Shown: positions 54,096-64,000 of the stretch, piece by piece | Numbering within the stretch: position 1 is the stretch's first letter | Layout: the number at the start of each line of letters is the position of its first letter | NCBI GenBank assembly: GCA_013239625.1 | Contig: MU054187.1 | Location: 15,392,941-15,456,940, forward strand | From: Lama guanicoe | Lineage: Eukaryota | DNA length: 64,000 bases | Reading direction: 5' to 3' | Translations under genes and position numbers: made by a program | Notes under the pieces: model-generated | Database searches by the model: none | Told to the model about the DNA's origin: nothing | Seen by the model: the letters and a program-made list of their open reading frames with translations, nothing else

Positions 54096-55009
54096 GTGTT
54101 GTTTCAGTCCCCTTTGTATCCTTACTTTGATTTAGAAGTTATTTTCAGGTAACAAAATTGTCAAGTCTTTTTAAATTTGGCTTATTGACATTAATATAAT
54201 CAGCACCCCTAATACCAGATGTGGGGAAAGCCACGCTGATTATTTTGGTATTTGTTTGTGAAAGAGAAGATAGTCATATATTTAGAAGCATTGTATCAAA
54301 GGAAATTTGGGGAGGGGGAGAGGTTAATTTATAAACTAGAAGGAAAGAATGTGAAAGCTACAAAGTGATTATAAAAGAATTGACAACAAATACTTCACAT
54401 ATTTTTAGAAAGTAGATAAGTAGGCATTTACGAGCAGATAGAAACATTACACACAAGGATCAGAGAAAGCAAGAGAGCAGGATAATACCAAAAAAAGGAA
54501 AGAAAAGGGGTTCACATGAACAGCTGCTGGAGAGCAAATTGTGAAGAGACCAACATCATGATCAGTTGTCAATATTGGCTGGAAACGGGTTCAAAATATA
54601 GGTAATCAAAAAGTCACCATTTATATATTAAAAATTGCAAAAGTTAGCAAATTTTGTGAAAACACTTTTTTCCCTCAAAGACAGGTACACCTTCTTAAAT
54701 ACTGTGGTTGAAATGTAAACTTTAGTCAGATTCATCTTCTGTTCCTCACTGCTCCCCCAGCCATAAGGAAACCCCATTAGTTCTGTCAGTATAAAAATTT
54801 TTATGTTTGTCTTTAGTTTAGCTACTCATCATGTTTTCTGTACTATTGCAATGTCAACAACTGGAGACTTTTCGTTTTGTTCCTCTCCATTCCTTTCCAG
54901 TGCATCATTTATTCTGTACTGGAATTACTCTCTTCCATAAGTCTCCATTATTTAAGAAAACCAAATCACCTTCCAAAAGCATTTAAGAACCTCTATAGTC
55001 TTGCTCCAT

Positions 55010-55195
55010 ATAACTTAGCAGTGACAAGGTGTGGCCTGGAGTAAGCTAAATTATTTTCTATTTCAGTTACCTCACCTGGAAAATGGGACAAATAATACCT
55101 CATAGGGATTGTTTTAAGGGTTAACTGAGATGCTATGTATAATGTACTTACAAGAACATTAAACCCATAATATGTGGTCAATATGTTAGTTTTTA
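55010..55195 (+). mobile_element. MIR SINE
   Basis: tcagttacctcacctggaaaatggga..aataatacctcatagggattgtt. Confidence 0.7.
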
Positions 55196-56853
55196 TTTTT
55201 AATATCATTTTTGTTACTTACCTTGGGGAAAGTGTGCACCTGTCATACTAGGCTACTGATCCTTCAGCAGTTAACTAAATGTGAAATTCTCCAGGGAATT
55301 TTCTGCAATTCTCCCAGTAAGAATAAAATAATGCTCTCTAATATGCCCTTTTAATTTACTCATACTAATTTTTAAATTTTGCCTTGTACTATATTTACTT
55401 CTTTAAAGATAAGCTCCTTGAGAATAGTAATATTCTTATCCATCTCTCTACCCCAGAGATACAGTAATTTTTACCTTCTATAAGTAGTAGTATATAATAA
55501 ATGTTCCTAATTTTATTCTTGATGACGTAAATAAACATTGTACATGTTATCACAGCAGAAGATAAAATATAGCCAATTAAAATTGTTTATGATAAACATT
55601 CCAAATGTGGACTTAAAACAGGTCAAGGCTTATATAACAGTATTAATATCATTATTTTAGCTTTCAAAGACCACGAGTTAATTATGACTTTAATGTTCTG
55701 CATCTAATAAAAATTGTGCACTTCAAGCAAAGCAGAGTAATCAAAACTTTTCTCTCTTAATCTGTTTGATAGCTTATATGTTATAATTATATTTTCTATT
55801 CAATATTGTATTGAAATCTTGACTTTTCTCTCGCATTCCTACAGCGTTCTTAAAAGAAATATAAACTCTTTTGAAGAACATGGTCAGTTAAGCAAAGAAA
55901 CAGAGCTGTAGTTTTCACAAACATACTAACATCAGATTTGGGGTTTAAGTGAATTTATTGCACAAAGAATTACACTGTTGAGGTTGATTTAAAACACTAT
56001 CTGAGGTGGTATTTCAACCCTGGCACCATAATATATAGGAGCTGAAGAAAGAGTTTAGTCGAATTAGCTGAACCTCTCACTAATTTGCTAGAATTAAAGG
56101 CTAAATTACACGTGTTAGATTTTTAAAAGACAGGACAAACTCTAGAACTCTACTATTACGGCTAGCAGTTAAACATTTTCCTCTTATTCTCCAATCCCTG
56201 TTACGTTCCACAAAATAATCAGAGTGTAAAATAATGCTGATAAGCAAATATATTTGTACCAGACCATTAAATTGTGGAAACTCATTTTTTCAATGATTAC
56301 TAAAAATATCTTCCAATGAAAACCATAATTAATACCTTTATGACCATGCTGTTGAAGATGAAAACAGAGGGCTTCCACAGGGCTGTATCTGATAAGCTCA
56401 ATTGTAAAAAGGAGCACGCATGTAAGATGAAGTAGAAATCAGGAATAAATATTTACAAGTGTATGTATGGATTCATTTAAAATAACATTAGAAATAGAAC
56501 ATTAGAAATGTTAAATCCCAGCCTGATTGAGCTCTTAACTTATGCTAAAACAAAGATTTTTTTTTAAAGCTATATGAGAACAGGTTGTGTTGGAAACAAT
56601 ACAATAAAAAACACAAACAAATGAAAAAATCATAGCCCCTCCTGAAGCTTTCTGCTTTCATTCATTCCAAAAATATTAAGTCCATATGTGCTTATAAGCA
56701 AAAATGCCCTCAGGAGATTAGAATTTATTGAGCAAGACAGATATTACTTAGAAATACACACAAATAAATATGCTCGTAAACCCTGAAGTTTGTAGGACTG
56801 CATAAGTACAAAGAAACTGTTCATAGTACCATGTGTATTTAAAAGTGGGACTT

Positions 56854-56966
56854 AAACATAAAAACGTATATATGTATGTACATGCATGACTAGGATATTG
56901 TGCTGTACACCAGAAATTGACACATTGTAATTGATGTACTTCAATAGAAAGATTAAATAAAAAAAA
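56854..56966 (+). mobile_element. Short 5'-truncated L1 3' end with 14-bp TSD
   Basis: TAAAAGTGGGACTT duplicated at 56840-56853 and 56967-56980; A-rich tail. Confidence 0.85.
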
Positions 56967-57719
56967 TAAAAGTGGGACTTGACCTAGTGGGAGAGAGGAA
57001 GGATGACTTTGCTGAGGAGCTGACATTAAAGCTTAGATCTTAAGGATGAGAAGGAACAGAAAGAACAGAAAGTGCAAATGCCTTACTGCAGAAACATTCT
57101 AGAAACAACAGCAACAAAAAACCAAAGTTGAGTGTGTCTTGAGGGCATAAAACAAGAGACGTTGTACAGTTTGAGTCTGGAGAAGCAAGTGGAGGAGCAG
57201 AGCAGACTGCACAGGATGTCCTTGAGGTCAAATGCACTAGTGGAGCTTAGAGGTATTGAAACTGAATAATACTATGACGTGACACTGATATGCTCAAAAG
57301 ACACTCAGGTATTCAGAGTCTGAGCAAAGAAGGGAAAGCATTGAATACGTTTTATAATATTATCAATCTTAGACTTGTAAAGCATTTTACAAAAAAGTGC
57401 TTTATGTCATATTACTGGGATCTGAAAGGTTTGATTCTTACATGATTAACATGTGGAAAGCAATGGATTGCAGACGATTGTGTCAGAAACAGAAGGAGTG
57501 ACATGTACTGAGCCCCAATTATGTGTTAGAAACACAGCTTTACATTTCATATATATTATTTGACTTTTGCAACAAACTTGTGAGGCAAAATTGTTTTCCC
57601 AAACTTATGTATTAGAATATAGATTCCAAAAGATTAAGTGATTCACGTCCGTGTGGACTCTCAGAAGTTACATGTACTTTGTTTCAGATATTAATGAACT
57701 AGATTCAATCATTTAAAAT

Positions 57720-59570
57720 CAAATTTATTGAAGTATAATTTACATTCAAGATACTGTATGCATTTGTCACACACTCCGATGAGTTGTGTTAGTTTCTTCG
57801 CCCTGATCTAATGAAGTACCAAGAACCAAGTGGCTTAAACAACAGAAATGTATTGGCCCACAGTTTTGGAGGCTAGAAAGTCTGAGATCAAGGTGTTGGC
57901 AGATCATGCTCCCTCGGAAAGCTCTGCAGAATGATGTGTTCCATGCCTTATTCCCATCTTCTGTTGGTTTGCTGGCATTTTTGTGGATTTCTTGGCATGT
58001 GGCATAAACCCAATATTCACATGGCATGCTCTTTGAGTGTGTGTGTCTGTGTCCAAATTTCCCTTTTTATAAGTAGAGATGTCATATTGGATTAGGGGAC
58101 CAACTTACTCCAGTGTGACTTCATCTTAACTGATTACATCAGCAGTGACTCTATTTCCAAATAAGGTCACATTCTGAGGTACTGGGGATTAGGATTTAAA
58201 CGTGAATTTTGGAGGACACGATTCAACTCATAACAGGAGTTTTGATAAATTTATACATTTGTATGTACTTCCATCATAATTAATATATAAAACATTTCCA
58301 TAAAGCTACCAAATTTTGTAGCACTTATTTCTAGTCAATCCTCCAAATGCCCCCAGATTTGGCAATTACTGTTATGCTTTTTGTCACTATTAGATTTATC
58401 TTCTCTAGGGTTTCATATAAAAATAATGATATATATATATATATACATACATATAATATGTGTTGCTCTGTGTCTGTCTTTTGCTCTGCATAATGTTTTA
58501 AAAATTTACTCATGGTGTTACATATATCAGTAATTTTTATTTTTCAATCATTGACTAGTACTCCATTGTACAAATATCCATCAATTTACTCATCCATGCA
58601 TCTACTTGCAGACATTAAAATTGTTCCACGTTTTAGTTAGTGTGAATAAAGCTGCTATGAATATTCATGTACAAGGCTTTGTCTATACATTTATTTTCAT
58701 GTCTTTTAGGTACACTGTAGAAGAACTGCTGGGTTATATAGCAAGCACACGTTTGACTTTAAAAGATTTTTGACCAACTTCTTTTAAAAGTAGTTGTACC
58801 ATTTTAAATTCCCACAGATAATATAGGAGAGCTCATGGTTGCTCCACCTGTTTCAAATTTGATTAATCTTTCTAATTTTAGCCATTGGACCCATGGGTAG
58901 TGCGCTCTCATTGTGGTTTTACTTTGCATTTACCTGATGAATAATAATGTTGAGAGTTTTTTCATGTGTCATTTGTATATCTACTCTGTGAAGTGTCTAT
59001 TCAAATCTTTTGCTTATTTTTAAATTAGATTGGTGTCTTTTTCTTACTGTACTATAATGGTAAGTTTTTTATATATCCTAGATATGAGGCCTTTCTCGTA
59101 TACATACATATATAAATATGTAAGTTATGTATGTGTATAAAATATGTATTTTAAGTAGTATATACATATAAGTATAAATATCTTTGTTTTTAATGGTGTC
59201 TTTCAAAGAGCAGAAGATTTAAATTCGATGGAGTCCAATTTAATTTTTGTTTGTTTGTTTTGTGGTTTATGCTATTTGTCATAACTAAGAAACCTTTAGC
59301 TACGTCAAGTAGAAAGGATTTTTTCTCCTTTGGTTTCTTCTAAGTTTTATGGTTTAAGACTATGATCCACTCATGTTAATTTTTGTGCATTATATAAATC
59401 TTAAGGTGGAAGTTTTTTTTCCATATGAATATGCAGTTTTCCAAATGAATATGCAGTTTTCCAATTTTGGTTAAAAAAACTATCATTTCTCATTGAATTA
59501 TCATGATACCTCTGTTAAAAACCAACTGATTATGTATATGTGGGTCTATTTTGGGACTCTCTATTCCAGC
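57720..59570 (-). mobile_element. Old L1 (L1M-type) 3' region with nested MLT1
   Basis: tttattgaagtataatttaca, gaataaagctgctatgaatattcatgtacaag, tctcattgtggttttactttgcattt, tatatgtgggtctatttt. Confidence 0.85.
57785..58235 (-). mobile_element. MLT1 (MaLR) solo LTR nested in L1
   Basis: TGTGTTAG...ggcttaaacaacagaaatgtatt...ttccaaataaggtcacattctgaggtact...CATAACA; near-TSD tgagt/ggagt. Confidence 0.88.
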
Positions 59571-60319
59571 AATGTCTAAAAGAAATTTTACATGAGCCAC
59601 ATATACCATCTTAAATTTTTTTTAAACCACGTTAATAGAAGAAAAAATGAGCAAGTTCATTTTTATTTGACCCAATGCATCTAAAGGATGATCATTTCAA
59701 TATATGATCTATATAAAAATCTGATAATAATTTTGTTCAAGAGGCTATTTGATAATAATATTACCACTCAAGGATTCTTATAATACTGCTTGATTGATAG
59801 ATTTTCATTCGTCTGCTTACTTTAAAGAAAATCACTAACAAATTTATTACAGGTATTCTTCAAAAGTCTTTATTTTGCTTTCATTTTTGAGAACTGTTTT
59901 CACTGGATATCGAATTTTGTGTTGACAGTTGTTTGTTTTTAGCATTTTAAAGATGACATTTCATTGACTCCTGGCTTATGTAGTTTCTGAAGAGAACACT
60001 CTGCAATCATTCTATTTGTATCCATCTCTACATAATGGTTCCTTTTTCATTGGCAGCTTTTAAGATTTTCTCCTTATCACTGTTTAGAGATTGTTCAGTC
60101 TTATGATCTATTTCGGGCCTCTCCTAAGCTCTCGCACTGACACACAAGGAATCACTGCTCCCCTTGATCAGAGCTTGTTTCCTGGGTCCCAGTGAGCTCC
60201 AGAAATGGTTCAATTTATTCTTCTCTGATTGCTCTTTTTGAGTCTCCTAGTTTTTACTCTATGTATGAATAAGCTAGTATTAAGCCAACACACCAGGTGA
60301 CCCTGTGAAAATTTGTGAA

Positions 60320-61170
60320 CTTGGGCGGCCCCAGCCCAGAATGCAGTCGGGCCCTTCCTAGCGCCATGGATTGCCGCAACACACCGCGGATGAAGATTGG
60401 GGATGGTCTCCGCAGCCTGACTCCAGATAGCCCTGTGCCGTGAAGGTACACAGGTTCTGAGTCAGGCCTCTCACATGTCTCTCATCAGCCGACTTCCCGA
60501 TGCGACTTTGGGATGGCAAGACTGAGGAGCTCCCCTGAGACCTGGCCAGAAGTCCCCGTCCGTGGCCTGGCCCATCCCCCCGAGGCCTGGACGCGGGGAC
60601 GGATCCCCAGAGGGCAGACGGCCGAGTCCGCGGGAGGCGCATGCGCAGTCCGGGAGGCGCATGCGCAGTCCGGCAGCCCGCCCCCACCGCGTTCCACCAT
60701 GATGGTCACGCGCGCCTTCCCGCAGGCGTCCAGGAGCTCTAGGCCTGAGTGAACAGGGACTGGCGCTACCCCGTCGGCCGTTTTCCTGGAGCCTGCGGTT
60801 TCCCTCACTGCACTCTGGATGCGGAGCAGGGAAGGAGCTTGCAGCTGGACCTCCTGTGGCCCTGAGCCAGGAAGGTACCCGGGGCCTCTGTGGGAGTCGG
60901 GCCTCGAGGCGTCTCAGCAGTGGGCCGCCCAGCAGGGCCCTGGATGGAGAGACTGAGTTCCCGTGCGACGGGCTTCGGGGCAACAGGCATGTCTGTTTTG
61001 GGGCGCCCGGACCTTGGCAGAGCGGTGTTTCCCCAGCAGCCCCACCCTGTGGCCCGGCCTATCCTACTGCTACCCAGACCCGCCCGGCAGCGGACTGCAC
61101 GTTAGACCAGCCCGCTGGACCTTGCAGTCAGAAAAACAGGCCACATCCTGCCTTTGCACCTAGCCGAGAG
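60320..61170. promoter_or_regulatory. Orphan CpG island with tandem NRF1 motifs
   Basis: GC/CpG-rich block; 20-bp unit CGGGAGGCGCATGCGCAGTC repeated twice (60631-60670), each containing GCGCATGCGC; GC box CCCGCCCC just downstream; donor GAG|GTGAGT at 61170/61171. Confidence 0.75.
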
Positions 61171-62039
61171 GTGAGTGTGCATTTACAGGTGTTAAATACA
61201 AATAACCTTTATTTTAACTTAAAGAATTCCACCAGAAGTCTTTAACTGACTTCAGTTATCATCCATGAGAGAAGAAAAGAATTAGAGACTTGTTGCTGAT
61301 TAATAAAAATTTTGCTCCTATTTGGCTCTTTACTCTGGCACTGCTGAGATGTTCAGTGGAGGGAAATAATTATGATAATATTATCCAGAACAGATGTGCT
61401 GGAAGTTGTCCCATAACTTTGATACAGTTTTCACGGACAAAACAAAACAAAATCTTAGGTTCCTTTGAGAACTACAGTTGGACAACCTCTGTCTGTGTTG
61501 TATATGAGTTTATGTGTATAAATTTACATTTTTCATAGATTGATGATGTGTTAGATAAATACCTTAGCATTCATCTAACTGCCATTCATTCTCTCAGTTT
61601 GCAGGTGGAAAAATTAAACATGCACTGAGTTGGCCTAAGCCATGTAGAGCTGTGACTAACTTTAAATAAGTTCTTTATATTTCCAATCATATTTTCTATA
61701 TTTCCCTGAGGTGAAGCCAAAAATAAGCACACAAACCCAATGTTGGAGTCCTGATGCCTAAATACTTTAAATATATCCTTGCAAGCTTCAGAAAGTATGG
61801 AAAGTCAATGACTATATTACACTCTACATGTTAGGGTGAACACCACATTAATAAGGAATGAACCTCATTAGGTAGTTTAATGTGTCAGTTTAGAAGCATA
61901 TTTGTTGTTGCATCAAAATTTATGTTTTAAAAAGAAAATCTTTTCAAACACATGGACTCAGTCTCTAAGACATTAAAAAGTCACCAGCCAAGTTGTATTG
62001 CTGTGTGAAATACCGAGGCCTATTAAATGCTTTTATAAA

Positions 62040-62250
62040 TAGTACTAGTAACAGCCATTTTCATTGAGTACTTATTTTGTGCCAGGCACAGTCCTAAACA
62101 ATTTACACATAAACTCACACAAATCCACACTGCATTCCAGTGAGCAGAGTACCATTATTACCATGTTCATTTTGTAGATGAAAAGAATTCAATATCTTCT
62201 TCAAAATCACCCAGAAAATAAATGTTGGAGCCAGGATTTGAACTACTAAA
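62040..62250 (-). mobile_element. MIR SINE
   Basis: ttcattgagtacttattttgtgccaggcacagtcctaaac...cattttgtagatgaaa...gagccaggatttgaact. Confidence 0.75.
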
Positions 62251-62619
62251 ATACGGCTCTCAGTAGTTATTTCCCTTCCCCAGCCAGCATCTTTCGTTAG
62301 TGTACAGACTGTCTAATCTCTTTTATGCAAATATGCTTTTCAGAATGGGTGCAAGGTGTGAAGATACTTTTGTCATAAGCAAATGCCCTGAAAAGGCATC
62401 TCCTGCAGAGGAGGCTTCAATTAACTAGGCCAACACATTCACCGCTGGGCTGCTAAGTGACATCACTTAGACAGGTAAGTCTCCTGTTTTTTCTCCCCCG
62501 TGTGTTCGCCTTTGATCAGCCTGATGTTGTGAGAGACTCCCCTACCCGATGCAAGCCCATCGGACTTTGCCCAGTGAAGTTTGTATGTGCTCCTGCCACC
62601 TTGTGGTTATGTATTGTTC

Positions 62620-64000
62620 CTCCATCAGGTCTAAAATTTCTTGAGCCCTTACACCTGATATGTATTCTCTATTTGGTCATCTGTTTTTTATTCTTTTATT
62701 TATTCTCCTTTCTTGTCTAATTTTGGATGAATTTGGTATGTTATTCCATTTTTATCCCTTTTCCATGAACTTTTTTTAGCTCTATGTACATTCATTTTTC
62801 TTACAGTGGTAATTTCTAGAGACTGTAATATGCATTTTTTAATATATTATACTCAATAAGTGTATATAATATTGTCTACCTTAAATTAGCACATTTGTCA
62901 CTTCCAAGTGCAAGCACTTTCGGTTTAACTCCATTTAAGCCCCCTCCTGCGATTTGTGCGAGCGTTGTCATAAATTTTGTTTCTACATTTGTGATCTGCC
63001 TTACACTCCTATTGTTGTTCATTGAAGTAGTCAGCATGTATTTATATTAAATTTTTCCAGTGTTTGTGATTACGTCAGAAGTTCTGTGTTTCCATATATT
63101 GTCATATTTACTTAATATGAGAAAATACAATATCCTGTAGTGTAGGTCTACTGCTCCTGTATTTGTTCAGCTTTTATTTATCGAACACGTCTTCACTTCA
63201 TCTTCATTTTTGGAGGGTACTTTTACTAGAGAGATTTCTAGGTGACTTGTTTTTTTTCTCTTTGATCACTTTAAAGATACTCCATTGTCTTCTGCCTTCC
63301 ATAGTAATGATGACCATTCAGCTTTAAGTTTTGTTTTTGTTCCTTTGAATGCACAGTGTGATTTTCTTTGGCTGCTATTAAAATTTCCTCTTTATTTTTT
63401 GGCAATCAGACTGGCAACTAACTGGTAACTAAAATACCTAAATCACTTGTAGATTTCTCTTTTACTTTCTTATTTTTCTCTGATTTGGGGTCATGTGTTT
63501 CTTTTCTTTTGGCCTGCTTCATGTACTGGGATTGGATGAGAACTGTAGAACTCCTAAATGATGTTATCTTCTTCCAAGTGGGTGAAATTTGACTCCCAGA
63601 GCACCGTGAATCACCTTGGTCCTGCAAGTGCTTGGTTTTCATCTTTGTTAGGGCTAGTTATTTTATGTTTGTCTTTATTCCCAAGTTGTGGCCCTAACTA
63701 TTAAAGCATAGCCCTGCTGGGGTCTCAGATTGAAGCCTTAGGGAGTAACCACAGCCACCCAGCCTAGGCAGGGTTTGAACTCTAGCTTTTCTTCCCAAGA
63801 TCATGTGGCTGCTGCCATCTTTGTTTTAGCATTTCAACTTCCCAGATACTATTTCTAGTAAGTTTAAAAAATTTTTTCTTTTGAGTCTTACCTTGCGAAT
63901 GTGCAGTTTAGAAGTCAGCCAGTGATTTAGGGGAGATTTATATACTAAATTTTGAGCCCTGTTCTGAGGTTTCCCCCTCCCCTGGTGTTTGCCCATGAAA
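62620..64000 (-). mobile_element. Old L1 (L1M-type) fragments
   Basis: T-rich degraded L1-like sequence (tagtgtaggtctactg, actttaaagatactccattgtcttctg); a similar segment lies at 59800-60085. Confidence 0.6.

Noticed and set aside
59425..59464. Exact 20-bp tandem duplication ATGAATATGCAGTTTTCCAA
   Set aside because: A simple slippage duplication inside a dead L1; no functional context.
60254..61245. ORFs of 107-170 aa in the downstream CpG island as a protein-coding gene
   Set aside because: GC-driven open frames on both strands with no recognisable homology.
1..64000. CRISPR array or prokaryotic defence system
   Set aside because: Spliced mammalian locus with no repeat-spacer arrays; CRISPLD1 refers to cysteine-rich secretory proteins and is unrelated to CRISPR.

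Overview
Mammalian genomic DNA, very probably camelid, judged from two tRNA-Ala-like Vic-1-type SINEs. The window contains one complete, intact protein-coding gene on the + strand, CRISPLD1 (cysteine-rich secretory protein LCCL domain-containing 1). It has a CpG-island promoter at about 10.4-11.6 kb, a non-coding exon 1, and 14 coding exons (ATG 12313 to TGA 53028). These splice through GT-AG introns into a 1503-nt ORF (500 aa; CAP domain plus two LCCL domains). The rest is mostly ancient interspersed repeats (L1, L2, MIR, MLT1, MER5A, Tigger) and microsatellites. There is no CRISPR array or prokaryotic system, and I cannot support a genuinely new biological system from sequence alone. Five features are not explained by the gene model: (1) a near full-length U1 snRNA retrocopy in sense orientation inside the 341-nt intron 7; (2) a 96-bp/96-bp inverted repeat ending 75 nt before exon 6; (3) an orphan CpG island about 7 kb past the stop codon, with tandem NRF1 palindromes and consensus splice signals suggesting an unannotated spliced transcript; (4) a ~60-nt MLT1-like fragment inserted with an A-tail and a 19-bp TSD; (5) an LTR-like intronic insert retaining a perfect CRE and GC box. 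Repeat family names come from my recall of consensus sequences, not from a search.
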